The notes beneath the pieces are model-generated. The model made no database searches. It saw nothing but the letters and a program-made list of their open reading frames with translations, and was not told the DNA's origin. This document shows, piece by piece, positions 38,088 to 47,167 of a stretch of DNA of 64,000 bases. Position numbers and translations under genes: made by a program. This stretch comes from an uncultured virus (IMG/VR IMGVR_UViG_3300017814_000173). Taxonomy: Duplodnaviria; Heunggongvirae; Uroviricota; Caudoviricetes. Location of the stretch: the IMG/VR virus record IMGVR_UViG_3300017814_000173; one strand, given 5' to 3'. How positions within the stretch are numbered: position 1 is the stretch's first letter; the number at the start of each line of letters is the position of its first letter.

Positions 38088-38744
38088 CTAAAAAGTATGT
38101 TGCCGAGTAATTTGGGTCGTTCCGTCCGGCATTGCAAATTCCGTCATGATATCACAACTGCATTCTTCTTGGGGATTATTGCAATCTTCCGTCCATGTCC
38201 GCAATACTACTTTTTTACCGGTCTTCCGGGCTTCTTCAAACTTCTGCAGCCGAGCGGAATCGGCGGCATCCTGCTTGGCTTTTTTCTCCGCCAACGCCGG
38301 CGCGGCAAACTTTTCCGCATCTGAGTAGGTAAATTCTTCGCCAAACTGATCAATAAACTTACTATCGACCAACACCCCCCACATATCCACTTCCTTGGCA
38401 ATCCCCAATTTCTGCAACAATTCTGCTTCCTTGCCAAAAACCTGCCAACCGCTCATATATTCTCCGTCATGATAGGAAGCCTTGATTTTTTTCTCTCCAG
38501 ATTTAATTCGGGCAATCAAATCATCGGCCATTTTTTGAGCTTCCGCGCTGACTTGATCCCAAACCTCACGGCTGATGCAAACAAAAGCACTGGAACACTG
38601 TACCCCATCGCATCCCCGCATCGTAGTATACCGAATCCCATAAAAAGTACCCTGCGACGTAATAATTTTAATCTGAGGATCCCCTACCGTATCCACCGAT
38701 GCCAATATCTCCACTTCCGTACCTTTGGTCGTCTTCGTTTTCAT
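38088..38744 (-). CDS. Hypothetical protein, first gene of the island operon
   Basis: RBS AAGGAG; C-terminus W..DCN.P.EECS.D...AMPDG...RQHT. Confidence 0.75.
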   Translation of the reverse strand: MKTKTTKGTEVEILASVDTVGDPQIKIITSQGTFYGIRYTTMRGCDGVQCSSAFVCISREVWDQVSAEAQKMADDLIARIKSGEKKIKASYHDGEYMSGWQVFGKEAELLQKLGIAKEVDMWGVLVDSKFIDQFGEEFTYSDAEKFAAPALAEKKAKQDAADSARLQKFEEARKTGKKVVLRTWTEDCNNPQEECSCDIMTEFAMPDGTTQITRQHTF

Positions 38745-38768
38745 CTGTTTATCTCCTTGTTATAGATA

Positions 38769-38797
38769 ATTGTACACCATTATAGTGTACATGTCAA
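38769..38797 (-). promoter_or_regulatory. Sigma70 promoter with palindromic operator
   Basis: TTGACA-17-TACAAT; inverted repeat TGTACAC-N7-GTGTACA (38771-38791). Confidence 0.8.
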
Positions 38798-38823
38798 TAG
38801 AAAAAGATAAAAAATAGAAAAAA

Positions 38824-41136
38824 TTACCGATTCGGGCGATGAACCACCCCGGCAAAATGGCGAACCGGAGCAGAATGTGCCGCCGGCGCCGATGTTGTAG
38901 CCGCCGGAACGGACGCCACCGGGCGGAACTGGACGCCTTGGATCGACGCGCCCACCGCACAACCCACCAGACCGTCCCACCAATGGTTTTCCGCGCCCGG
39001 GCGCATGGCCCACTCGTCCAACGTCCGGCCTCCGCCGGACGTTTTATGCGAATATTCCGACAGCCAATGATCGAACAGCAGCCGGTGCCGATCTTTATCG
39101 CGGCCGTAGACCGTCAATGCGCCGCGGTCGCCGAGTGCGGTCAGCAGGCGCTGCCGCACAAACGTCTTCCAATAGTTGGTGTCGTACAGCACATGCCGGA
39201 GCACGCGCTTACCGCGGACGTTCGGAATCATCCAGTTCAAGCCGAGGCGGTCGCCCTCCTGTTTCCGGTACTCGGTCATCGGCTTTTTGGCGGCGGTGAT
39301 GCCGACGCCGTTCGACGGGATCACCACCGACCCGAACCGCGACCGGCGGCAGAAAAAATAGACGGTGTCGGTGGATTCGCCCCAGGCGGAGTCGATCAGA
39401 CAGCGTTCGATATGCAGCTGGGCGCCGTCTTCCCGCTGCCAGGACCGGCCCAGCAGATCATTGGTCAGGGCGGTCAGCGACTCGTAGAGCATCCCTTCGA
39501 ACGCCAGCGCGGGAAAGGTCATCTGCATGGTCGGATTGGCGTCGTTCAGTGAGAAATAGCGCCGGTGCTGGTCCGGCCATGCGCCGTAATCGATGACGTT
39601 GCCGCCGAAATGCTCGGTCCAGGCGACCACCACATAGTAGAGCAGCTTTTTCTGAATATCGATGAACGCGGTCAGGCGGGTGGCTTCGACCGGAATAGCC
39701 AGATGTTCGAACCCGTTCAGGCGCGTTTCCAGCTGCGCCAGCGTCAATTTCACCTCGGCGTCCGGGTCGTCGACCAGCGGCTCGTTTTGGTATTCCGCGA
39801 AAAAACTTTCCGGGTCGCGAAAATAGAGGTTCATCGCGTTCTGAACGGCGGAAATTTCGTCCGGCTCGTAGCGCGCCGGCCAATAGACCCGGGCGCCGGC
39901 GTCCATTTCCGCTCGATGCGCCGCGTAAAACTCGGTGGCCAGGTGGATATCCTTGAACCGGCGCAGGCTGTCCTCCCGGATCTCGGCGTACTGGTTCCAC
40001 AGTTTCATATCGGTCGGGAATGAATAGAGCATCTTACAGCGTTCGCCGTTCCAATCCGGGTGTTTATCGGGGTCGAGAATCTGGTCGGCCATATCGCCCG
40101 GGCGAATCACCGTGCACGGCATGACGCCGGAAATTTTCTGTCCGGGCCCCGCCAGACCGAGAATGGCCCCGGACAGGACGCGCATCCGCTTGCGGTTCTG
40201 TTCCTCCGACGCGGCCGATTCGTCGTCCTGCGGGTCGTCGACGATCACCAATTTCGGGCGTCGGCTCTGCGAACTGGTCGGCGGCGTAAATTTCATGCCG
40301 CGGACCCGGCCGGTAATGCCGGCCACCCGAACGATAATGCCCGACGCTCGGCTGCCGGCAATGGTCGGCAGGACGATTTCTTTATCGGTCCAGGTCATCC
40401 AGGTATGTTTACCCAAACAAAGCTGTCCGGCGCAACGGTTGGCGATGCCGTCCATCTGCGCGATCGGGAAACAGATTTCCGGGAAATCCGCCGCCAGCAG
40501 TTCGTTATCGCGTAACGCCGACTTGATGGTGTCCAGCATTTCCAGCGCAGCGGTTTCGGTGGCGCCGATCAAGGCGATAAAGTCGCGATGTCCGTACAGC
40601 ATCGCCCAGATACAGGCATCTTCCGCCAAAGTGGTTTTGCCGGAGCCGCGCGGCATGGCCAGCGCATAGAGTCCGCCCTGCAGAACCGCCTGTTCGATTC
40701 GCGTAATCACTTTCAGATGGTCGTCGGACCAGGCCAGCGAAAAGGATTCGGCAAAATAAGTTTCACAGAAAAGCCGAAAATTGTTTTCACAGAACGCTTT
40801 GCGCTCCGGATCGGCCACCGACGGCAAGGCGCCGATGTCGCGTCCGGACAACGACTGTTCCGACTGTCGCCGGGCCGCGCGGTCGCGGTGCCGGTCGTAG
40901 CCGGTACCGGAAGCAGACGATTCGGATGGTTCCGCCGGAGACGCGGACGAACGATCCAGCAGCCACGCCGTATACTTGAACAGGTTGACCGTCTGCCCCG
41001 CCGCATCGCCCGCAATCCGCAACCCCGCCGCATCCCGATCGTGCCGGAGCGCCGGAGAAGTCAAGACCTCGCGTCCGCACGCGGTATTCAGCAGCGTGAT
41101 GATTTCGCGAACTTTCAGGGCGGCCGGATTGATCAC
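38824..41136 (-). CDS. Terminase large subunit (GpA-like) with N-terminal extension
   Basis: Walker A MPRGSGKTT, Walker B VIVDDPQ, nuclease FIDIQ, IDSAWG, NHWWD. Confidence 0.88.
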   Translation of the reverse strand: MINPAALKVREIITLLNTACGREVLTSPALRHDRDAAGLRIAGDAAGQTVNLFKYTAWLLDRSSASPAEPSESSASGTGYDRHRDRAARRQSEQSLSGRDIGALPSVADPERKAFCENNFRLFCETYFAESFSLAWSDDHLKVITRIEQAVLQGGLYALAMPRGSGKTTLAEDACIWAMLYGHRDFIALIGATETAALEMLDTIKSALRDNELLAADFPEICFPIAQMDGIANRCAGQLCLGKHTWMTWTDKEIVLPTIAGSRASGIIVRVAGITGRVRGMKFTPPTSSQSRRPKLVIVDDPQDDESAASEEQNRKRMRVLSGAILGLAGPGQKISGVMPCTVIRPGDMADQILDPDKHPDWNGERCKMLYSFPTDMKLWNQYAEIREDSLRRFKDIHLATEFYAAHRAEMDAGARVYWPARYEPDEISAVQNAMNLYFRDPESFFAEYQNEPLVDDPDAEVKLTLAQLETRLNGFEHLAIPVEATRLTAFIDIQKKLLYYVVVAWTEHFGGNVIDYGAWPDQHRRYFSLNDANPTMQMTFPALAFEGMLYESLTALTNDLLGRSWQREDGAQLHIERCLIDSAWGESTDTVYFFCRRSRFGSVVIPSNGVGITAAKKPMTEYRKQEGDRLGLNWMIPNVRGKRVLRHVLYDTNYWKTFVRQRLLTALGDRGALTVYGRDKDRHRLLFDHWLSEYSHKTSGGGRTLDEWAMRPGAENHWWDGLVGCAVGASIQGVQFRPVASVPAATTSAPAAHSAPVRHFAGVVHRPNR

Positions 41137-41137
41137 G

Positions 41138-41326
41138 TCAACGATGCTCCAGCAGATAAGCCAGGTAGGCGAACAGATTGATGGTGCCGTCCGGGTTGGA
41201 CTGCAGGCCGGACGCCAGTTGCCGCCGCAACAACGTCAGCGAAGCCGTTCGCGATCCGGAACGCTGGAGCAGCATCACCAGGTCGTCCGGAGTCAACGCC
41301 GTCAATTTGGGGGATGGGTCATTCAT
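41138..41326 (-). CDS. Small protein, probable terminase small-subunit-like DNA-binding domain
   Basis: Directly upstream of TerL; NPDGTINLFAYLAYL. Confidence 0.55.
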   Translation of the reverse strand: MNDPSPKLTALTPDDLVMLLQRSGSRTASLTLLRRQLASGLQSNPDGTINLFAYLAYLLEHR

Positions 41327-42680
41327 TCTGCACCTCCGGGGTCAAGGTTTGCCAATCGCAATCCGGGCCGTGGACAAATTCCGCCCAGCGCCGCCGGATC
41401 ACGTCGCAATATTTCGGGTCGAGCTCCATCAACCGCGCCGTCCGGCCGGTCTGCTCCGCCGCAATCAACGTGCTGCCGGACCCGCCGAACGGGTCCAAAA
41501 CCGTATCACCCGGGCGACTCGAATTGGTCACCGCCCGGCGCACCAGTTCGACCGGCTTCTGGGTCGGATGGACATAGTCGCCGGCGGGACGCGAAAAACG
41601 CCACAAGTCCGACGTGGAACCGTCAAAATTCACCACCTGACCGGTAAGACGTCCCGGAACAAACACCTGAACCGTTTCCAGTCCCGCGCCGAACTCCAGC
41701 ACCGTGGCGCCATCTTCCTCCCGCGCCACCAGCGGCAGACGCGGGTCAAAGTGCCAGAGATCGGACTGACGGCGTTCGCCATTCCAGATCCGCTCCGCAC
41801 GCGGCCCCAGATACCCGTACAACATCACCTCGTACTGCGGCCGGTATTCCTGTCCGCCCAGTCCGGCCGACGGCTTTTCCCAGATCAACTGGCGTCCGCC
41901 CATGCCAGCCTTCCGCAACTGATGATAGACCAACGGATACTGCGCCGACGACATGCAAATGTAATATGAGGCGTTCGGCGTCATCGCTCCGCGCATGGCC
42001 ATCACCGAGGACAGTATGAACGATACGAAACCGGCTTCCGACATCCGGTCGTTCTTGATGCCGCCCAACGATTTCGACTGGTAATTCATGTTGTAAGGCG
42101 GATCGGTGAAGACCAGCGCGGCCGCGGTACCGGACATCAACCGCGGCAGATTTTCCGTCTGCAACAAGTCGCCGCACAACAGCCGATGCGTCCCCAGTTG
42201 ATAGTATCCACCCGGCTTACTGACCGGCGTTACCGGCAATTCCGGCGCAGTGTCTTCGTCCATCGAACCGTCTTTTTTGATCTCCCGGTTCAGAATCCGA
42301 CTCAACTCGTTTTCGTCGAACGCCAGCCCCGTCAGATCCGCCCCGTTCGTCTGCAGGTCCTTCAATTCAACCAGCAGCTTCTCCATATCCCATTCCGACA
42401 GCTCCCCGGTCTTATTGTCCGCAATCCGGAGCGCCCGGACTTCATCCGGCGTCAAATCATCGTAGACCGTTACCTCGACCGACGTCCAGCCCAGCCGCTG
42501 CAGCGCCTTCAAGCGCGTATGACCGCAGATCACTGTATGCTGACCGTCCACGCTGATCATATCCCGGTACCCGTAACGCCGAATGCTTTCCGCCACCGCG
42601 TCGACCGCCGCATCGTTACAGCGCGGGTTGCCGGCGTAGGGGTGGATATCGGTGAGCGGTAGTGAGATGATGGTGTGCAT
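41319..42680 (-). CDS. ParB-N domain fused to an N6/N4 DNA methyltransferase
   Basis: PYAGNPR, GHTR, IADNK; FTDPPY, HPTQKP, DPFGGSGST. Confidence 0.92.
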   Translation of the reverse strand: MHTIISLPLTDIHPYAGNPRCNDAAVDAVAESIRRYGYRDMISVDGQHTVICGHTRLKALQRLGWTSVEVTVYDDLTPDEVRALRIADNKTGELSEWDMEKLLVELKDLQTNGADLTGLAFDENELSRILNREIKKDGSMDEDTAPELPVTPVSKPGGYYQLGTHRLLCGDLLQTENLPRLMSGTAAALVFTDPPYNMNYQSKSLGGIKNDRMSEAGFVSFILSSVMAMRGAMTPNASYYICMSSAQYPLVYHQLRKAGMGGRQLIWEKPSAGLGGQEYRPQYEVMLYGYLGPRAERIWNGERRQSDLWHFDPRLPLVAREEDGATVLEFGAGLETVQVFVPGRLTGQVVNFDGSTSDLWRFSRPAGDYVHPTQKPVELVRRAVTNSSRPGDTVLDPFGGSGSTLIAAEQTGRTARLMELDPKYCDVIRRRWAEFVHGPDCDWQTLTPEVQNE

Positions 42681-42737
42681 GATGGCTAAACTCCTATTTT
42701 TTTTTGTGGTTGAAAGAAAGTGTGTACCGTTTTTTGA

Positions 42738-43133
42738 CTACTTCCCACGTAGTGCGCCGAAGGGTCGACCCCGGGAAGGACCCAATGTGTCGGATTTTGC
42801 GACACTAGGCAAAATTTTCCTACTTTTGACATTTTTTGACATTTTTGTATTGTCGGTCATACTTGATTTGGTTCCGATTCCGTACTCCCGGGCGATCGGC
42901 TGCAGAACGGCGACGGCAATGGCCTTGACACGGCGGCGATTGAGATGCAGGGCGGCAGCGACGGCGGCGACCGACTGACCGGACGCCAGCAGACGGCAGA
43001 CTTGCTGTTCTCCGGGGGATCGGGACGCGAGAGCGGAATCGAAATCGATACGGACTTGCAACGCGGCGGTCGGATCGTAGAACTCGGCGGGGGTGAGATC
43101 GGTATCCATATTGATAATCTCCTGATTGATCAT
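42738..43133 (-). CDS. Sigma70 region-4-like HTH protein
   Basis: RIDFDSALASRSPGEQQVCRLLASGQSVAAVAAALHLNRRRV. Confidence 0.6.
   Translation of the reverse strand: MINQEIINMDTDLTPAEFYDPTAALQVRIDFDSALASRSPGEQQVCRLLASGQSVAAVAAALHLNRRRVKAIAVAVLQPIAREYGIGTKSSMTDNTKMSKNVKSRKILPSVAKSDTLGPSRGRPFGALRGK
42777..42783 (-). promoter_or_regulatory. GGGTCCT, identical to lambda cosQ; candidate packaging site region
   Basis: Located just upstream of the packaging operon. Confidence 0.45.
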
Positions 43134-43492
43134 GTATTATATTGTCCCGAATGAGCAAAAATGGTCGCGGCCTTGATATGCTTGCGGACGATGCGATAGG
43201 CGGCGCGACGCATGACGGAATTACAGAACGTCTTGAAACTGTGATGCGGCTTGAATGCGGCGGCGGCCTTGACCATGTCATAAATCAGTTGATCGCGATA
43301 TTCGTCGAATTCGCCGGGCAGCCGGGTGATGCCGACGACCTTCGACGCATAGACTTCGGCGCAGCGGGTCAGATAGTCCAGATGGCATTCCAGAATCGAA
43401 TTGGTAACAGATTCGCACGTGGACTCGCAAACAGGGGGTAAAATACCTAGTGAGGGAGAGAGAGATTTTTTGTTACCTTTTAACTTAACCAT
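43130..43492 (-). CDS. Sigma70 region-2-like protein (start uncertain)
   Basis: DEYRDQLIYDMVKAAAAFKPHHSFKTFCNSVMRR. Confidence 0.55.
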   Translation of the reverse strand: MVKLKGNKKSLSPSLGILPPVCESTCESVTNSILECHLDYLTRCAEVYASKVVGITRLPGEFDEYRDQLIYDMVKAAAAFKPHHSFKTFCNSVMRRAAYRIVRKHIKAATIFAHSGQYNT

Positions 43493-43639
43493 TTGATGTC
43501 ACGGCCTTTAATGCGTAACAAAAAGTTGTTACCAATTCGTTACGTTTGTTACGCAATCCATCGGCAAAAGTGGACAACGTTGGACATTTGACGCCGAATG
43601 CGTAACACGCTGTTACGTATCTGTTACCAATTCCGTTAC
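43472..43639. repeat. Cluster of nine GTTAC/GTAAC repeats, candidate replication origin
   Basis: Copies at 43472, 43515, 43528, 43539, 43548, 43602, 43612, 43623 and 43635. Confidence 0.6.
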
Positions 43640-43647
43640 CCATTCTT

Positions 43648-46140
43648 TTACCCGACCAGTTCATAAATTTTTCCTATTTTCCCGGGCTTGCCGTCTTCGG
43701 TGGCATAGTCGATGATGACTTCGTCCGAGTCTTCCATGTACTTCATGACGGCTTCGAAATCCGACGATTTCAGATGCATCAGCCGCAACAGCCGGATGTG
43801 GCTGATCTTGCCGTTGGCTTTTTGCAGATAGCGCTTGGCTTTCAGGCATTCGGCGTGGAACGGATTGTCGGCCACGTAGCTTTCGGCCATGAACAGCATC
43901 CGGCGGGTCTGGTAGTCCACGAATTTCCACGCCCATTCCACCGCTTCCAAGTCGATGTGCGGCTCGCCCTGATTGCGGCTGACGGCGTATAGCATGGACA
44001 GCTTGCGCGTCTTTTCATAGGCGCGTGCCCAGATGGCCATGGCCGTTTCGTCGCCGCGCTGACTTTGTCGTTGCCATTCGGCGTCGACCTGGTCCCGAAT
44101 GACTTCCAGCTTTTTGGCCGCGTCCGGCAAGGCTTCAATTAGCTTCGGCGTTGGATGTTCGTTAAACAGATTGCCGCTTTCCGGATCCCCTGCCCCGTAA
44201 AATTCTTCGGCCAGTTTTTTGGCCTGATCGATAATCGCGTCGGGAATTTCCTTGTGCTCGGCGTTCTGCCCCTTGCCGCGATCTCCCGCTTCCAACACAA
44301 TCGACCGGGCAAAAAAACCGTTGTCCAGCATCCGTCCGTTAAGCGATTCGTAGAGATATTTTGGAACGGCGGTGCCGAACAGCGTCAGGCTGGGCTTGTC
44401 GATCACCGGATTTTCGTCTTTGCGTTTGGTATTGTTGAAACTGGCCCGTTTGCGCAGCGGATAGATCGAGTTAGCGGCGCTGTACATTTTCAACAGCACG
44501 TTCATGATCATTTCGTTGCGTCCGTCCCGCGCCTTATTGATCGAGTTCAACAATCCATCGATTTCGTCGGTCTGGAACAGCATTTTCTGCGACAGAAACA
44601 TGCAGTCTTCGATGCCTTCGCCGGACGCGAACGCGTCGCCGATCCCGCCGGCCAGCCCGGCCCGATAGGCGATTTCCACATTGATCTTGCGCGGATGATC
44701 CTTGCCAGTACCGGAGTTTGCCAGGGCGATCAGATACAGATTGGCCATATTGTTCATGTTGTCGCGAATGTTGCGGCCGCATAGATAAGACAGCAGCGCC
44801 AGTGCCCCCGTAAACGCCAGCACGCGATTTGGATATGGTGCGGTGGATAAGGTATGATTCATGACGTCATGTACAAATCCGGGTATTTCCAACAACTCTG
44901 GCGGCAATGAACCCGGATCCTGATGTGCGAACTTATCCATCAATGGTTTTTTCTTCGAAACCGGCTCCGACCCGGAATTTCCCGGAACGGGAACTGGTAT
45001 ACCGGCATTTCCCGAAATGGGAATTGTCGATCGCATGGGCTTTGGACCTTCGCGCAGTTCCCGCAGTTCCGCCCAGTTGTGACCAGTACATCCGTTGTGA
45101 TGGCACTTGAATCCGATCGCGCCGCCCGGCTGTTCGGTGATGACCGCCGACCGGTTGTTGTGTTCCGGGTTGAACGGACAAACGTCAAATACCCACTTGC
45201 GTCCGCCCTGCCAGGGTTGCGAATCGCTTAATTCCGGGCAATATTTCCGGATCCAGTCATCCAGATTGAAGCTTTCTCTCGGCGGCGGGGGCGGCCCGGC
45301 AATGGCGTCAATGTTCGGTTCCGATCCCGACTGGACTAAATTTTGTCGCTCGGCCTGAAAATAGTCCGCCTGCGGTGAAGCTGAAATGGTGCCATTCGGA
45401 AGAGGTTCGCCGAAGTTTGCCGCCAACTGGTCCAGTTGTTCCCGGGTTGCCGGCGTTAAAAGGGATGGAATTTCCAGCAACTTTGCCTGTCGATGCGGCC
45501 GGTCCGGCAAATCATCGCCCTTGCGATTCCAGGTTCCGGGCAGACGCCAGATCCGCGAAGCGTTAAAAACCGTCAAGTCCACCGCGACTGCCGGGTCGCT
45601 GAAACGCTGATTCAAGGTTGCCAAACCTTGTTTCAATAACCCGCCGTCATCTGCCGGCAAGTCGACGCGATACATCAATTGCGCTCCGTTGCCGGAATCG
45701 GTCACCAGCGGCGCCGGCCAACCGTGTTCGGTTAAAAATTGTTTGATCTGTTGCGCCCGTTGTGCGGCCGCAAGGTGTTCCGAGTCGGCGCTGCTGATCC
45801 CGCTGGGCCGTACGGCGTCGCAGTCGATCAAAAACCAGCGGCGGCGAACAATGTAGTTGTCAGTGGTGGAAAATCCCCGTTCCGCCTGTTTCAACCGGTT
45901 TGCCGACCGCGCCAGCAACGCCGGTTGGACAGGGTTCGCGGTGACATATGCCCCGCGATACGCACGCACGGCGTCGATCGCTTTCGCGGCCGCGTCGATA
46001 TGATCGTAATCGAAATAACCGGATTCCACGTGCGGACGCCGGTATTCGGTGGTTTCCGCCTCCAGCAGACGCAGTTCGAATACGTTGCCAGGTTGAAAAA
46101 ACTCTTGCAGGGCCGCCGCAATCGGATTGATATTATCCAT
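43648..46140 (-). CDS. Primase-like domain + Zn finger + DUF3987-like helicase
   Basis: IDCD, DSGNG, RIWRLPGT; CPF...H...CHHNGC; ANSGTGKD, QTDE, GFFAR. Confidence 0.8.
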   Translation of the reverse strand: MDNINPIAAALQEFFQPGNVFELRLLEAETTEYRRPHVESGYFDYDHIDAAAKAIDAVRAYRGAYVTANPVQPALLARSANRLKQAERGFSTTDNYIVRRRWFLIDCDAVRPSGISSADSEHLAAAQRAQQIKQFLTEHGWPAPLVTDSGNGAQLMYRVDLPADDGGLLKQGLATLNQRFSDPAVAVDLTVFNASRIWRLPGTWNRKGDDLPDRPHRQAKLLEIPSLLTPATREQLDQLAANFGEPLPNGTISASPQADYFQAERQNLVQSGSEPNIDAIAGPPPPPRESFNLDDWIRKYCPELSDSQPWQGGRKWVFDVCPFNPEHNNRSAVITEQPGGAIGFKCHHNGCTGHNWAELRELREGPKPMRSTIPISGNAGIPVPVPGNSGSEPVSKKKPLMDKFAHQDPGSLPPELLEIPGFVHDVMNHTLSTAPYPNRVLAFTGALALLSYLCGRNIRDNMNNMANLYLIALANSGTGKDHPRKINVEIAYRAGLAGGIGDAFASGEGIEDCMFLSQKMLFQTDEIDGLLNSINKARDGRNEMIMNVLLKMYSAANSIYPLRKRASFNNTKRKDENPVIDKPSLTLFGTAVPKYLYESLNGRMLDNGFFARSIVLEAGDRGKGQNAEHKEIPDAIIDQAKKLAEEFYGAGDPESGNLFNEHPTPKLIEALPDAAKKLEVIRDQVDAEWQRQSQRGDETAMAIWARAYEKTRKLSMLYAVSRNQGEPHIDLEAVEWAWKFVDYQTRRMLFMAESYVADNPFHAECLKAKRYLQKANGKISHIRLLRLMHLKSSDFEAVMKYMEDSDEVIIDYATEDGKPGKIGKIYELVG

Positions 46141-46212
46141 GAAATTACCTAATAATTCCTAATTATCCTAATTTTACACTCTTTTGCCACTTTTTCCAGT
46201 AAAATCGGTGTT

Positions 46213-46470
46213 TTATTGCTGAGTTGGGTGAGAGAACCGCTGATCGAGTAGTTGTTGATAAACCACCGGATGCACGTAATAAATGCCATTTAGAGAATCG
46301 TAATACGTCAAATATTCATCGATCACCGTTCGAAAATTATCTTAGATCCGGCGCCACTTCTTTTGCAGCCGTGCTTTCTTCGTCTTCGGAAAACGATACT
46401 GTTCCCGATGGGATTTGACCATTTCAGGGCCGGCCTTGACCACCACTTTGATACCGTTGATAAAGTTCAT
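46213..46470 (-). pseudogene. Small phage gene interrupted by an in-frame TAA at 46342-46344
   Basis: MNFINGIKVV...RFPKTKKARLQKKWRRI*DNF...YVHP...QQ*; ATGA-coupled start. Confidence 0.45.
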
Positions 46471-46688
46471 TGGTTTTTGATGTCCGTTGGCTTATCAACC
46501 TGATGCGTAAAATACATGATAAACAACATAACCTGTCCGAGCCAGCCTGCCGATAAAATAATTCCGATCGCCAGGGCTGCTCCGGAACACGGATAGCGGT
46601 TGTAAATGAGCATTCCTACACATAACATTGCCATTGCCGCCAGCAGATAAACAACCAATACCGCCAAATGAATCATTGCTTGTTTCAT
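46467..46688 (-). CDS. Small two-TM membrane protein
   Basis: Hydrophobicity pattern. Confidence 0.6.
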   Translation of the reverse strand: MKQAMIHLAVLVVYLLAAMAMLCVGMLIYNRYPCSGAALAIGIILSAGWLGQVMLFIMYFTHQVDKPTDIKNQ

Positions 46689-46690
46689 AC

Positions 46691-47167
46691 TTATTTTCCC
46701 GCCTTAGCCGTTAACAGTTCGAGGTGTTTCTGAAAATATTCGCGTAACGGTTCCGGCGTGGGTATGACTATGCGCACGCCGTCATCGTGCCGGCAATTAA
46801 TAAACGGATATTCCGGCCGGTGAACCTGACAGTCTATATCCCCCTCGGCGGGATCGAGCGCATTCATAACGCGGCGCATCCGATAATCGCCATCCCAATT
46901 GAAAAAATCCAATATTAACCTTTCCGGAATGGACCAGGAATAATTTTCCGCCGGAAGATTCATTAAATCAGTTTCGAAGACGGTGACTAAACTGGATTTT
47001 CCCGACTGAACAATGCGAACGATAATTTTATTGCGATAATTTTCTACCCGTCCGATAACCTCGACCGGCTGCGGCGTATGAATTTTGCCGCAGTAAATAG
47101 CCCGCATGTGGTCATTCTTGCATTGCTGATAATCAAATTCTCCATTCGCATGATTCATAGTTTTCAA
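46691..47167 (-). CDS. Hypothetical protein
   Basis: Packed in the early operon. Confidence 0.6.
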   Translation of the reverse strand: MKTMNHANGEFDYQQCKNDHMRAIYCGKIHTPQPVEVIGRVENYRNKIIVRIVQSGKSSLVTVFETDLMNLPAENYSWSIPERLILDFFNWDGDYRMRRVMNALDPAEGDIDCQVHRPEYPFINCRHDDGVRIVIPTPEPLREYFQKHLELLTAKAGK

